DNA of 64,000 nucleotides from an uncultured Gammaproteobacteria bacterium (GCA_964503265.1 CAZCYO010000003.1:91575-155574); one strand, 5' to 3'. Counted from the first letter of the stretch, positions 26,987 to 38,313 are shown. Notes: generated from the letters alone by a model not told the origin. A program made the numbers and translations.

Positions 26987-28829
26987 ATGAGTTTGTATAT
27001 CTACTATCTTGTACTTTTTGCACATTATTCTCAACTACGTCCTCAGGTAATTCCATAATAAATCGACTCACGATATTGGCAGTTCTTTGACCAAAAAATA
27101 ATCGCCTTTTTGCATAAGTTAAGTATAGTTTTTCTTTCGCGCGTGTCATACCGACATAACAAAGTCTTCGCTCTTCTTCGAGCTCATCACGGTCCATGAG
27201 AGCTCTGCTGTGCGGGAACAGACCCTCTTCCATCCCAATCATAAAGACGAGAGGGAACTCGAGTCCTTTGGCAGCATGAAGCGTCATAAGGGTAACTGCG
27301 TTTTTTCTTTTTTCATCCATTGGATTATCTGAAATATATTCTCTCTCAACAAGTGCGACATTTTCTAAAAACTCAGTAAGGACTGGAAATGCAATTGCAA
27401 CCGATCGTAGTTCCTTAATGTTTTCAAGACGGGGTTGGTCTTCTGGATCGTTCTCGTCATATAAGTCTAAATATCCTGTTACCTTAAGAATACTATCGAG
27501 TAATTCAATCGTCTCAATCTCATGAAGTGAGGGGCCACTTTCGATAAATGTCGTGAACTTCGCAAATCGAGTTTTCCCAATCTTCTCGAGTCGCTTTTGC
27601 GAAACTGTGTCTTTAGGGTTGGCGATGACACGCAGATAAGAAATGACGTCTTTCACTTCTTTCCGCTCATAAAATCTAGTTCCACCGATAAGAACGTAGG
27701 GAATCCCATGATGTAAGAATGCTTCTTCAACTACACGTGATTGTGCATTCGTGCGATAGAGAATTGCACAATCACTCATTTTACTTACTCCATGATCAAT
27801 AATTTTTTTGACAATGAAATCTGCTTCTTGTTGTTCATCTTTTGCCTCGAAAATCTCAACTTCTTCACCTTTTTCATTTTCAGTCCACAAATTTAGAACT
27901 GGATGCGTCGTATTTCGTTTAATTACAGAAGATGCGCCCTCAAGGATTTTTTGGGTTGAACGATAGTTCTGCGAAAGTGAGAATGTTTTCGTTCCTTCAA
28001 AGTCTGTTTGAAATTTCTTGAGGTTTTGAAAGTCTGCTCCACGCCAAGAGTAAATGCTTTGAGAAAAATCACCCACGACACAGACATTCTTCCATTTAGC
28101 TGCTAAGAGTTTAGTTAATATATATTGGGCACGGTTTGTATCCTGGTATTCATCAATCAAAACATATTGAAACCTATTTTGATACTTTTCAAGAACTTCA
28201 GGAACCTCTTTAAAAAGAGTGACTGTTCGTAGAAGTAAATCGTCAAAGTCTACCGCATCGTTTTCCTTAAGAATAGATTGGTATACCAGATAAATCTTTG
28301 CTACAGTTTGTTGAAAGTTTCCTCTCGCAAACCCAGCATAATCAGATGGTGAAAGAAGTTCATTTTTTGCACCTGAGATAGTACCTAAAACTGATCCTGG
28401 TTTAAAATCTTTTGTAGATATAAATAATCTATCCATTGCCTGCTTAATCGCGTCAAGTTGATCAGCACTATCATAAATAATGAAATTTTGACCAAGATTT
28501 ATATGTTTTCCTTCAACTCTGAGAATGCGTGCACATAATGAGTGGAAGGTTGCTACAACAGGTTCACCATATAATTTGTTTCCGTCAGGGATTGAGTGTA
28601 AATAAACTTGAATTCTTTCTTTCATCTCAGCAGCAGCTTTGTTGGTAAAAGTTACCATTAAAATAGATTCTGGGTGAATATGGTTAACAAGCATTAAGTA
28701 CATCACTCTCGTTATTAATACACGAGTTTTTCCAGATCCCGCACCTGCTAAAATTATGACAGGTCCTTCTGTTTGAAGAACGGCATTTTTCTGTTCTACA
28801 TTTAGGTCCTTGAGAAGTGAATTTTCCAT
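26976..28829 (-). CDS. UvrD/PcrA-family ATP-dependent DNA helicase
   Basis: LNVEQKNAV...PVIILAGAGSGKTRVLITRV (motifs Q and I), DEYQDTN (II) and VGDFSQSIYSWRGA (III). Motifs IV to VI are also present. Confidence 0.85.
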   Translation of the reverse strand: MENSLLKDLNVEQKNAVLQTEGPVIILAGAGSGKTRVLITRVMYLMLVNHIHPESILMVTFTNKAAAEMKERIQVYLHSIPDGNKLYGEPVVATFHSLCARILRVEGKHINLGQNFIIYDSADQLDAIKQAMDRLFISTKDFKPGSVLGTISGAKNELLSPSDYAGFARGNFQQTVAKIYLVYQSILKENDAVDFDDLLLRTVTLFKEVPEVLEKYQNRFQYVLIDEYQDTNRAQYILTKLLAAKWKNVCVVGDFSQSIYSWRGADFQNLKKFQTDFEGTKTFSLSQNYRSTQKILEGASSVIKRNTTHPVLNLWTENEKGEEVEIFEAKDEQQEADFIVKKIIDHGVSKMSDCAILYRTNAQSRVVEEAFLHHGIPYVLIGGTRFYERKEVKDVISYLRVIANPKDTVSQKRLEKIGKTRFAKFTTFIESGPSLHEIETIELLDSILKVTGYLDLYDENDPEDQPRLENIKELRSVAIAFPVLTEFLENVALVEREYISDNPMDEKRKNAVTLMTLHAAKGLEFPLVFMIGMEEGLFPHSRALMDRDELEEERRLCYVGMTRAKEKLYLTYAKRRLFFGQRTANIVSRFIMELPEDVVENNVQKVQDSRYTNSYDY

Positions 28830-28905
28830 AAGCTATAATAAAAGATACCTGTAAGAACTGTAGTTTACTTAACACAAGTATTGAGGCTACAACTCATTCT
28901 ATCAT

Positions 28906-29565
28906 ATGAAGAAGACGTATATTATTGCTAATTGGAAATCAAATAAGCTCGAGAATGAAGCTCGAGAATGGCTACACGCATTTGGAGGAATATCTTTTTC
29001 TCAGGAAAAAGAAATAATTGTTTGTGCTCCCTATACGATTTTAAAAATGATATCTGAAGTTATTCTCTCCGAAAATCTCAATATAAAATCAGGTGCACAA
29101 AATGTTTCATGCTATATGTCAGGTTCATATACTGGTGAAGTATATGCAGAGCAGATAAAAGAATATACAGGTGTTACTATTATTGGTCACTCAGAAAGAC
29201 GCAACTTATTTCATGAAACAAATGAAGAAATAGAGAAAAAAGTTATTAATGCGTTATCTGTCGGTCTTGAGGTGATTTTTTGTGTCCAGGACCAACATAC
29301 TCCAATACCACAAGGTGTTACGATTGTTGCATATGAACCTATTAGTGCAATTGGCTCTGGAAATCCTGATACACCTGAAAATGCAGCAGCGGTAGCAACT
29401 GCAATTAAAATGACCTACCCACAGGTTATGTGCGTTCTTTATGGGGGAAGTGTTACTGGAGAAAATGTCAGAAATTTCACTTCACAGGATGATATTTCTG
29501 GTGTGCTCGTTGGAAAAGCAAGTCTTGACCCTATCTCCTTTCAAGCGATAATCCAAAACGCATAA
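28906..29565 (+). CDS. tpiA: triosephosphate isomerase
   Basis: ANWKSN, IGHSERR and YGGSV...GVLVGKASL. Short form, 219 aa. Confidence 0.8.
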   Translation: MKKTYIIANWKSNKLENEAREWLHAFGGISFSQEKEIIVCAPYTILKMISEVILSENLNIKSGAQNVSCYMSGSYTGEVYAEQIKEYTGVTIIGHSERRNLFHETNEEIEKKVINALSVGLEVIFCVQDQHTPIPQGVTIVAYEPISAIGSGNPDTPENAAAVATAIKMTYPQVMCVLYGGSVTGENVRNFTSQDDISGVLVGKASLDPISFQAIIQNA

Positions 29566-29568
29566 TTT

Positions 29569-30726
29569 ATGAGAGGTCGTGCCCAACAGCGCAAAAAGCT
29601 TTTAAAGCGAATTACTATTGTTTTTTTTATTCTTGTCCTGATTTTTTTTGGAAGATTTATCATAGAAGCTATTCGATACTCTCCTGTTTTTGTGCAACTG
29701 GCCACTCATAATTCGATCGACTTAAAAAAAACTGCGGACAATAAGGTGAATCTTCTGATACTTGGTACTGGTGGTGGAACCCATGATGGGCCAAATTTAA
29801 CGGACACGATTATTTTTGCAAATATCGATCCGACACCTGCAAGTGGAAGCGCGAAAGCAACGCTTGTTTCAATTCCTCGTGACTTATGGGTACCTGAACT
29901 TAAAGGGAAAATAAATCGTGCATATTCTGATGGTGAAGATAAAGAAAAAGGTGGTGGATTACTTCTTGCAAAAGCAATGGTTGGAAAAATTGTTAATCAA
30001 AAGATCGATTATGCTATTCGAATTGATTTTGCTGGATTTATCAAAGCTGTTGATGAAGTGGGGGGCTTAGATGTTCAGGTAGATCGTACACTTGACGATT
30101 ATGCATATCCGCTTGAAGGAAAAGAAGATGAAACATGTGGTGTTCCTGACGAAAAAATACAAGAAATTGCCACTGATTCCGCGAAAACTGATCTTGAAAA
30201 GTTCCCATGTCGATACGAACATCTTCATGTCGATTCTGGCAAACAGCATCTCGATGGAGAACTAGCTCTAAAATATGTTCGATCACGACACGCACTTGGT
30301 GCAGAAGGATCAGATTTTGCGCGATCAAAGCGACAGGAAAAAGTTATTAATGCGTTTAAAGATAAGGTGTTTTCAGTTGGAACACTTCTAAATCCTGTAA
30401 AACTATCACAACTATATGAAGTCTTTAAAGGAAGTATTGATACAGATGTTACGCAAGATGAATACGATGACTTTATTAGATTAGCTCAAAAAATGAAGAC
30501 AGGACAAGTTACTAGTTATGTGGTGGATACAGGAGGCAACGAAACAGATCGGCCAGCATTACTTTATAACCCAACTGAGCGTGGAGAAGATACTACTCCT
30601 TTTGGTGGGGCGTGGGTATTAATTCCCACAGCTGGAAATGGTAAATATAATCAAATACAAGCATATGTTGCATGTCTTCTTAAAGGAGGATTATGTACTA
30701 CTTTCTCCTCTAGTCTTCAAAAATAA
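29569..30726 (+). CDS. LCP (LytR-CpsA-Psr) family cell-envelope phosphotransferase
   Basis: N-terminal TM, then VNLLILGTGGGTHDGPNLTDTIIFANID....VSIPRDLWV, characteristic of the LCP domain. Confidence 0.7.
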   Translation: MRGRAQQRKKLLKRITIVFFILVLIFFGRFIIEAIRYSPVFVQLATHNSIDLKKTADNKVNLLILGTGGGTHDGPNLTDTIIFANIDPTPASGSAKATLVSIPRDLWVPELKGKINRAYSDGEDKEKGGGLLLAKAMVGKIVNQKIDYAIRIDFAGFIKAVDEVGGLDVQVDRTLDDYAYPLEGKEDETCGVPDEKIQEIATDSAKTDLEKFPCRYEHLHVDSGKQHLDGELALKYVRSRHALGAEGSDFARSKRQEKVINAFKDKVFSVGTLLNPVKLSQLYEVFKGSIDTDVTQDEYDDFIRLAQKMKTGQVTSYVVDTGGNETDRPALLYNPTERGEDTTPFGGAWVLIPTAGNGKYNQIQAYVACLLKGGLCTTFSSSLQK

Positions 30727-30727
30727 T

Positions 30728-30760
30728 ACATATAATTTTTTATTTTGATTATATGTTTTT
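30728..30760. terminator. bidirectional Rho-independent terminator between convergent genes
   Basis: 9-bp stem acatataat/attatatgt (30728-30736 and 30748-30756) flanked by A-run and T-run. Confidence 0.45.
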
Positions 30761-30811
30761 CGGGGTAATATTTGTGATTGTTGTATTACTTAAAGTTGAA
30801 TTTGTCAGCTG

Positions 30812-33028
30812 CTACAGAGATAGTTTAATTATTGTTGTGTTATTTTTCTTAAAGACTGTATGACCTAATTTTATAAGTTCTTTAGTATTAATTTGATATT
30901 TTTGTTGTTCTAGTTCACCGATATAAATATAACTAATATTATATTTTTTAATTAACGAATTTCTTTTTGCAGTATCAGTAGTATCATATAGTGTTTTTAC
31001 GTCATCAATCCGTGGAGCTGGAATATCATATGTTCCTCTCCATAACCACTCGTGCACAGTCCAGCCCAGTACGGTTGGAAGTCCTGTATTACTTGAGATT
31101 CGCGCATAGTCAGTATAGGAGTCTCCTTGTGCTTCAAGAAGGATTGGTTGACCATATACATTATTTTTTATCCAGCTAATTGCATCATAATCATCTGGGT
31201 ATGTAGTTTTTAAGTAAGTAATTCCATTAAGAGAATAGCTTTTCTGAAGATTATTATAATAAGAAGTGACTGCATAATAAGGATAAGAAAGAACTGATAC
31301 TATGAGTACTGTTGTTATTAAAAAGAAAAAAAAGAAAAGTAATTTATGAAAAAAGATCTTTTTAGTTACTGTTAATATTCGAGTAATTACAAACCCAGAA
31401 ACAAGTGAAAGCAAAATAAAGGCTTGAAACACGAGTTTAAACATCGTATTTGCTCGGTAATGTTCTGGATAAATATCTTTAACATAGATGAATTCAGGTA
31501 TACATATAAGAATAAGTGAAAGTATAATAAGTACAATAATAAAAAAATCAATCTTCTTTTTCTGCTTACTAAATATCATGAAAAGTGTATAGGTAATAAT
31601 AAAGAAAAGAAAAAAACCATACAGAATAAGAAGTTGCCACCATGGTGAATGTTGGGTGTGATTTGCCTCAAAAAGGAGTGGGCCAATTGTTCCTTGTTTA
31701 ACAAGAAAATCAGGAGCAGAAAGCACACCAATACCTGAGACGAATGGCTTAAAGAAAAATGAAAAAGGAAATGAGAATGTAATAAAGCTGACAAATAACA
31801 GAATACAAGATGTTAGTATTTGTTGAATAACATCTGTATGAAATAATTTTTTAACGTTTCCTAAAGGATTTATTTGTGTATCAGAAAATTGTTTACAGGA
31901 AAATATAATCACACCAAGGAGTAAATAAATAAGCCCATCCCATGCATTTGTCATATACATTACACCAAGGAGAAGTCCAACTGTAATTTCCTTGCGAAAG
32001 AAGAGGGAGAGTATTATTTGTAAAAATTTATTCTTTGAATTCTTTATCTCAGGTTGTGGTTTTTGGGGTTCAATAAAAATCGATAGTAGTAATGCAATAG
32101 TAAGCAGTACAAACGGAATGTCTAGTACATGTCCGTGAAGATCAGATACGACCCATGAGTACATAGGAAATTCATGAATAGTATTATAAATGAATCTTGT
32201 AGCATTTGGATACCAATAAGCATTGGGAAATGTATTTGGAGCAAAATTCATTTGCCAAAATGGTTTTGGATGCGATACGTCATATGCAGAAAAGAAGGTA
32301 TATAATACATGGAGATTTCCACTAAATGTTACTAAAAAAGCAGACAGTAGCCCACTAATAATAACTTTCATTTTGCTAATATTGTCTTTTATTAATAATG
32401 TGTACAAATTCCCGCCAATTGAAAATGATGCAGCAAAACATAGTGAAAAAATAGTCGCAATCATCACATTAAATGTAACTGTCGATGGGAGTCCAGAAAG
32501 TTTTGTCAGTACCGCGGTTATAAGGTGTCCAAAATAGTAATAATTAATTGTCAGTGGAGTAAACCACATATCTTTTGGTGGAAAATAATCTGTTCTGAGG
32601 ATTGAATTTATAAATCCAAAATCCATAAACTTTTCAAGTCCATGAATGTCAGGAGAAAACGTTCTAACCCAAGACCAAAGAAAAAGGCCAATAAGAAAAA
32701 GCGTTTCTTCAAAAATGAAAATAGCTATATTTTCCTTAAAGAGTGTGAACACAGATTCTCTTTTTCTTAAGAGAGTATTACTATTGAAAATAAATGCAAG
32801 AGCAATCAATGTGAATATAATAGTTAATTGCGAAAATGGAGCAATATGAAAAATTCCAAGCAAGAAAATAATGTATGAAAGAAAAGCAATTCCAAGAATC
32901 TTAGAGAAAATATATCCTTTATCAAAAAACGATGGGAATAACGAATAAGAAAAAAAAGTGAATGGTAATCCGACTACAAAAATTATCAAAAACCATTGAA
33001 CTATAAGAAATATGTCAGTATTATTCAT
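30812..33028 (-). CDS. large polytopic membrane protein (738 aa), putative GT-C-like glycosyltransferase or membrane assembly factor
   Basis: More than 14 hydrophobic segments and a soluble C-terminal ~190 aa domain. It is the last gene of the 30812-42538 operon. Family not resolved from sequence alone. Confidence 0.4.
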   Translation of the reverse strand: MNNTDIFLIVQWFLIIFVVGLPFTFFSYSLFPSFFDKGYIFSKILGIAFLSYIIFLLGIFHIAPFSQLTIIFTLIALAFIFNSNTLLRKRESVFTLFKENIAIFIFEETLFLIGLFLWSWVRTFSPDIHGLEKFMDFGFINSILRTDYFPPKDMWFTPLTINYYYFGHLITAVLTKLSGLPSTVTFNVMIATIFSLCFAASFSIGGNLYTLLIKDNISKMKVIISGLLSAFLVTFSGNLHVLYTFFSAYDVSHPKPFWQMNFAPNTFPNAYWYPNATRFIYNTIHEFPMYSWVVSDLHGHVLDIPFVLLTIALLLSIFIEPQKPQPEIKNSKNKFLQIILSLFFRKEITVGLLLGVMYMTNAWDGLIYLLLGVIIFSCKQFSDTQINPLGNVKKLFHTDVIQQILTSCILLFVSFITFSFPFSFFFKPFVSGIGVLSAPDFLVKQGTIGPLLFEANHTQHSPWWQLLILYGFFLFFIITYTLFMIFSKQKKKIDFFIIVLIILSLILICIPEFIYVKDIYPEHYRANTMFKLVFQAFILLSLVSGFVITRILTVTKKIFFHKLLFFFFFLITTVLIVSVLSYPYYAVTSYYNNLQKSYSLNGITYLKTTYPDDYDAISWIKNNVYGQPILLEAQGDSYTDYARISSNTGLPTVLGWTVHEWLWRGTYDIPAPRIDDVKTLYDTTDTAKRNSLIKKYNISYIYIGELEQQKYQINTKELIKLGHTVFKKNNTTIIKLSL

Positions 33029-33572
33029 GGTCGTTTTTTATAGCTTGTTCTAGTCGTGAAATTGCGTACATGTTCTTAGTTATTTTTTTAACTATGTTAT
33101 GTTTGTTATACCAATAAAACAACGTATGAGGGTTCTTTTGCGCAACATATACCAGAAGATGGTAGTCATCATCAATATATTTATCAAGATGGAGTGATTT
33201 AATAATGCTATCTTTAAACTTATGGGGTTGTTCGTCTTTATAGTTAAAATACATTTTTGTAAAAAAGCGTGTAAATGCATGTTTTTTAACAAGTTTATTC
33301 GTAGCTGATTCAAGAAAGCTAAATCGACTTGAGATCAAATATAGTTGATCTTTTTTATTTACTATCTTATTGAGTGCTTCAATATTTTCTTTTATCGGGG
33401 GTCTAAATATAGGGAGATGTGTTAGCTTTCTAAATTCTTGCTCAATAGGTGATGGTATCCTATATAGAAGAATATTACTGCTCCTATTTTTATATAATCT
33501 ATCGATAAGCTGCTCAGGAATAAGTGGTGGTGTATTAATAAATACTTTATCTAAATCAAATCCAATTTTCAT
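33021..33572 (-). CDS. HAD-like hydrolase (putative phosphatase)
   Basis: MKIGFDLDKVFIN (motif I DxD), LISSRF (motif II) and KYIDDDYHLL (motif IV-like). Start taken at the ATG ending at 33572. Weak evidence. Confidence 0.3.
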   Translation of the reverse strand: MKIGFDLDKVFINTPPLIPEQLIDRLYKNRSSNILLYRIPSPIEQEFRKLTHLPIFRPPIKENIEALNKIVNKKDQLYLISSRFSFLESATNKLVKKHAFTRFFTKMYFNYKDEQPHKFKDSIIKSLHLDKYIDDDYHLLVYVAQKNPHTLFYWYNKHNIVKKITKNMYAISRLEQAIKNDHE

Positions 33573-33604
33573 ATGTTCAATTGTATCATCCTTATGAGTG
33601 TATA

Positions 33605-35086
33605 TCACATTATTTTCGTTAATTGATATGTATCATAATTATATTTATAATAGGTGCGATTTGGAAATTTATTAAAAATCTTATAATTTTCTTCGTTGAG
33701 GTCTTTTACGTATATAACATCAGTATCAAGAAAAGGAGAGTTTTGCGAAAAAACAGATCCATAGCACCACCAATTGCCGCTACAGTCTTGAATAAATATT
33801 ATAGAGTTATGAATTTTTTGTTTTTTTATTTCTTTTACAATACGATTATCAACAAAATTAAATCCTTTTAGATTGTTTAGTGATAATGGTGTGAAAAAGT
33901 CAGGATTCGTGACAGGAATTATTGAATAGAATCGCATGAGAGAAATCACAACAAGAAAGAACATAAAAATGAAAGTACTCTTTTTAAATCTTTCATAACT
34001 TAATTCTAGCGTTCTGGCCGTGAGAATAAAGGCAAAAGGGGTTATCTCATACCAAAAACGTGGACCATACATGAGAAAGACACCATTATAAAAAAAATAA
34101 GTAATTGGTAGTAGAAAAAGACTAATAAAAAATAACATATCCCAAGAGATTTTTCTTCGAAAAAATAGGAAACCTGTTAATAGGAGTACCGTAATACCTT
34201 GTGGGAGATTATATAATACAGGAAAAAAGTTTTTTGCCAAAATCAGCACATTATTTAATCTTTCACTTATGAATTGGTAAAGTGTCACACGTTGTCCAAA
34301 TCCAAAAATACCCTTATTTACTTCAAAGTACTCAGAAGTGAATGGTGAACTAGTCGTATACGCGTTATATACCATCCATAGTAAAAAAAGTATGCCAAAT
34401 CCTATTAAAAACGATAGTAATGAAGGAATTCGTTCTTTAGTATTTTTTTGCTTTATGTACGTAAGAAGCACAGCACATACGAAAAAGGGAAGAGCAGTTA
34501 GTGGGCGTGTATTAAATAGTAGTCCCATACATACTCCAGAGATAAAAAATAGACTGTATTTATGTTTTTCCAGAGCAAGAATAATACAAAGAACGGAAGT
34601 TATTAGATAAAATGACGCAGTTGTATGGCTCATAAATGAAGCTGAATTCTCTATAAAGAAAGGCGATATAAAAGGAAGTGGAAGAAGAAAAAAAATTGTT
34701 TTTCGAGAATAAAGAATCGAAACAATAATAACAAGTTCAAAAATTGTAAGTGTGCTAACAAGTGGGGGAACAGCATTTGGTATGCCCAATAGTATTCCGA
34801 TTGCTAAAAGTATTGGATGGCCAAAAGGGTACTGAAATAACCACATCCCTCCACTTACAAGAAGTGTTCCATCGAAAAAACGGAAATGGTCTGGATTTGC
34901 GGGTATTGGAAGAATAAGGTGTCCTGACGCAAATATCTTTGCCATAAAAAGATATGCAACAGAATCTGGAACATGAGGAATTCCCTCCAGATAATAAAGA
35001 TTGATATAGAGAAGGTATAAAAAGAGTAATATGAAATAACAAATAAAAAAATAGACTGTAGGTTTTAAGAAAATATGTTTAATCAT
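33605..35086 (-). CDS. GT-C-like polytopic membrane glycosyltransferase
   Basis: 493 aa with about 12 TM segments. The N-terminal architecture resembles the GT39 neighbours, and its start overlaps the upstream gene by 4 nt. Confidence 0.45.
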   Translation of the reverse strand: MIKHIFLKPTVYFFICYFILLFLYLLYINLYYLEGIPHVPDSVAYLFMAKIFASGHLILPIPANPDHFRFFDGTLLVSGGMWLFQYPFGHPILLAIGILLGIPNAVPPLVSTLTIFELVIIVSILYSRKTIFFLLPLPFISPFFIENSASFMSHTTASFYLITSVLCIILALEKHKYSLFFISGVCMGLLFNTRPLTALPFFVCAVLLTYIKQKNTKERIPSLLSFLIGFGILFLLWMVYNAYTTSSPFTSEYFEVNKGIFGFGQRVTLYQFISERLNNVLILAKNFFPVLYNLPQGITVLLLTGFLFFRRKISWDMLFFISLFLLPITYFFYNGVFLMYGPRFWYEITPFAFILTARTLELSYERFKKSTFIFMFFLVVISLMRFYSIIPVTNPDFFTPLSLNNLKGFNFVDNRIVKEIKKQKIHNSIIFIQDCSGNWWCYGSVFSQNSPFLDTDVIYVKDLNEENYKIFNKFPNRTYYKYNYDTYQLTKIM

Positions 35087-36705
35087 TTAAGAATGAGAGA
35101 TTGTATTTGTTGCGGAGACATTCTCGCATTGTTTTCAAAAATGATAACTGGTGGGTGGTCGTAACTTTGAAATGATTCGTCGGCACTATCATCTGAAATC
35201 CCATAAGGGTAGTTAGTAAAGTCTTTTATACGCGAGTAGCCAATATCTCCAGAAAAAAGTTTCTTATAAAATTTTGATGTGTATGGATATGTTTGTGCAT
35301 TATTAAAAATCGAGATATATACTCGTCTACTTGATAAAACAATATAATCACTTTTTGCTACTGTTTCAGAAAGTGTTACTATTTTTGCTTTCGTATCTTG
35401 ATCATATACTGTCAATTGCACATTGGAGAATGAGTTTTGTTGTGAGGTCTGTGAAAAGTGTAATGGTAATGGATCGTCCCAATGTTCTGTTGCTATAACA
35501 GAATTTCTAGGGAGAGTTTGATACATCCAATTAGAAGCTGCGATTCGTGTGTTCGGCTTAAGATATACATGCATGAAAAGGAGTCCTTGTAGGACTATTA
35601 AAAATAGCAAGACACTACTGATATATGTTCGTAGTCGACTGAGGAAGATTGCTGCAAATATAGCAAGAAATGGAGTTAGAAGTAAATAGTATCGAGAAAA
35701 TTTAGCGTACCACTCCCCAGTCCATACAAAATATAATAAAGGAAAAATACATAAAAAAAGTAGTATTGTTTTTACATTTTTCTGTTTTTTTACCATAATC
35801 ATACCCAACATGGAACAACATAGAGATATTAAGCCAAATGTGAATGGAAAAACTTTTAGTAGCTGATATAGATAGGGGATACTCCCTTCATAAATAATGA
35901 CGAATGGTGGTTTGAAATTTCCGTATGTGACTCCTTGCATATATGATTGTTCTTTTGAAAAGTTAACCCAGTCAATTAGTTGATATGGAGCCATAACAAT
36001 ACCAATAAAAAAAGAAGATAACAGAAAAACAAATAGTGAGATAGTAATATTTACTCGTTCACGTTTTTGTTCGATAAAAAGAAGGTAGTATGCGATTAAA
36101 GGAAAAATACTAAAAGTTAATCCAATAATTTTGGTTGCGTAGGCAAGACCCAAAAAAAATCCTATCGGTAGCCCATAATACAATTTTTTCTCTTTATATA
36201 ATTTATTACTACTGTATATAAGTGTTATTAACAAAAATATAAGTAAACTTTCTGTTGTGTTAAAGTGTGCATACTGAATGCTGCCAGGTGTAACAGCAAA
36301 AATGAGCGCAGCAATAATCCCAACCTTTTCAGATAAAAATTGTTTCGTAACTAAATACAGGAGTATTATTGTTATTGAGCTGAAAAAGGCCGAGATCATT
36401 CGACTCACAATAAGTAAATCAAGTGATGGTATAAAAACGCTTGCAACAACTTTATACAAGTAAAGTGGAAAACTTCCATAGTAAAACATGTGAGGATTAA
36501 GGGGTGATTGCGGTGAAAGAAATTCATTAAAAGAATGTGGAATAGATAAGTTCGCAGCATTAATATACAGTCTTTCATCTGGATGTAGATACTGCCCCAT
36601 ATCCCAGTTAAGGTTATAAAACCTCAATATTGTTCCAAGAAGAAAGATAAGAAGAATTGCCAATTGATGTTTATTAATGCTAATTGTAGTATGTTTATTT
36701 TTCAT
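35083..36705 (-). CDS. GT39-family lipid-carrier-dependent glycosyltransferase
   Basis: FYNLNWDMGQYLHPDERLYINAAN (first-loop DE/HPDER motif), polytopic, with a C-terminal extracytoplasmic domain. Start taken at MKNKHTTIS, which gives an 11-nt overlap with the upstream paralog. The ORF-track start is 36783. Confidence 0.6.
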   Translation of the reverse strand: MKNKHTTISINKHQLAILLIFLLGTILRFYNLNWDMGQYLHPDERLYINAANLSIPHSFNEFLSPQSPLNPHMFYYGSFPLYLYKVVASVFIPSLDLLIVSRMISAFFSSITIILLYLVTKQFLSEKVGIIAALIFAVTPGSIQYAHFNTTESLLIFLLITLIYSSNKLYKEKKLYYGLPIGFFLGLAYATKIIGLTFSIFPLIAYYLLFIEQKRERVNITISLFVFLLSSFFIGIVMAPYQLIDWVNFSKEQSYMQGVTYGNFKPPFVIIYEGSIPYLYQLLKVFPFTFGLISLCCSMLGMIMVKKQKNVKTILLFLCIFPLLYFVWTGEWYAKFSRYYLLLTPFLAIFAAIFLSRLRTYISSVLLFLIVLQGLLFMHVYLKPNTRIAASNWMYQTLPRNSVIATEHWDDPLPLHFSQTSQQNSFSNVQLTVYDQDTKAKIVTLSETVAKSDYIVLSSRRVYISIFNNAQTYPYTSKFYKKLFSGDIGYSRIKDFTNYPYGISDDSADESFQSYDHPPVIIFENNARMSPQQIQSLILK

Positions 36706-38308
36706 TAATACGATAAATGATAACGGTAGGCCTATCAAAGACAGATGAGGTTTCTTCATAACGAAATATCGGATCACCTCCATACGTAATCAAACAGTAT
36801 ATATCGCATGGAGTTTCATATACTTTTTCAAAAACTTTGCTTGTATCAAGCGTAGCATAAAATGCATTTCCTGCGGGAAAAGAAATAGGTGAAGAAAGGC
36901 GGGTTTTTAGTATTCTTTGACTTGGGAGTATCAGAAATTCAGATTTTTTTAAGATACCTTCTAGATTATCTTTCGCCTGAGCGTTTGTTTCTAATTCATA
37001 AAAGTTAAATATATTTATATTTGGAAAACTGTTTGTAAAAGGGAGAGTTCCTAAGTCATATGCTTCAGTTAACATTCTGCTATCTTGAGGAATATGTTTT
37101 GTTGCCCATGTTAAAGCACTAATCCGAGTATCAGGATGATTATAAACAGTAACAACATACGAGCTACTCCAAATTATGCTAGATAGTATAGATAGAATAA
37201 GTGTACCCTTCCAAAGTGCTTTTTTTAAAATAGTATCTTTGTATCTTTTTTGTATATCTACCAGAAAAAATGAAATTGATAGATAAAAAAAGGGAATTGT
37301 TGGAACCATATAGCGAGTCCATTTTACGAATAGCAGTGCTTGGGAAAAAAAGTAAAGTAACAAAAATAGTATGAGTATTTTATAATAGAATAAAGAAGGA
37401 TTTTTCTTACTAGCATTCATAACTAACGATAATATCCCAACACAAAACAAAATAGGGTTGAGTAAGAATGGAAACACCTGTGTAAATTGATAAATAATTG
37501 GAATAGTTTTATTAAAACCCCCTGAATAAAATACCGGGAGTGCTCCTGTTGCTACAGCTGATTCATACCTGATACTGGATATAAAGGAATTACTATCAAA
37601 TAGAACAAATGGGTTTGTAATAAGAAACATCACACCAATAACAGCAATAGATAAAAAAAAGAGATGAAGTGCTCTCATTAGTATTCTTTCTTTGTGCTCC
37701 TTAATAATTGCAATAGATGCTACAAGCGGAATAATAAGAAGTGAAAGTGACGAGATCTTCACTGAAATAAGTATGCCAACGATTAGTAAAAGAAAAAAAT
37801 AGTTTTTGAGACTTTTATTTTTGAAGAGTACTATAAATGCATAAAAAAGCAGAAGATAAAAGAATGATAACCACATTTCAAATGTTCCAAAGTGTGCATA
37901 CTGAATAAATCCAATACTAAATGTACAAAAAAAACTTGCCAATAATCCCGAAGTAGTACTGTGAAGTTTCTTGCCTATATGAAATGTGAGAATTATTGTG
38001 GCAAGCGCTAAAATACTACTAATTATTCTACTTGCAATAATAGCTTCCTCAATTGAAACGAAAAAAGAAATATGACTTATCCCGTGTATCAGTAACGCTG
38101 CTATATATATAGTATAAATAGGTAATGAACCATATGCGAAAAAATGAGGATTAAGTTGTGATGGGAAAATAATATTATTGACGCTATATGCAATATTTCT
38201 TTCGTCAGGATTGAAATAGAATGGGGATCCCCACGTAAGATTATATGTAAAGAGTAATCCTGCAACGGTGAGCAGTAGACCTAATATAAGATACTCTTGC
38301 GGTTTCAT
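36695..38308 (-). CDS. GT39-family lipid-carrier-dependent glycosyltransferase (paralog)
   Basis: TYNLTWGSPFYFNPDERNIAYSV is the same loop motif. Same architecture as the downstream paralog. Confidence 0.6.
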   Translation of the reverse strand: MKPQEYLILGLLLTVAGLLFTYNLTWGSPFYFNPDERNIAYSVNNIIFPSQLNPHFFAYGSLPIYTIYIAALLIHGISHISFFVSIEEAIIASRIISSILALATIILTFHIGKKLHSTTSGLLASFFCTFSIGFIQYAHFGTFEMWLSFFYLLLFYAFIVLFKNKSLKNYFFLLLIVGILISVKISSLSLLIIPLVASIAIIKEHKERILMRALHLFFLSIAVIGVMFLITNPFVLFDSNSFISSIRYESAVATGALPVFYSGGFNKTIPIIYQFTQVFPFLLNPILFCVGILSLVMNASKKNPSLFYYKILILFLLLYFFSQALLFVKWTRYMVPTIPFFYLSISFFLVDIQKRYKDTILKKALWKGTLILSILSSIIWSSSYVVTVYNHPDTRISALTWATKHIPQDSRMLTEAYDLGTLPFTNSFPNINIFNFYELETNAQAKDNLEGILKKSEFLILPSQRILKTRLSSPISFPAGNAFYATLDTSKVFEKVYETPCDIYCLITYGGDPIFRYEETSSVFDRPTVIIYRINEK

Positions 38309-38313
38309 AAAAG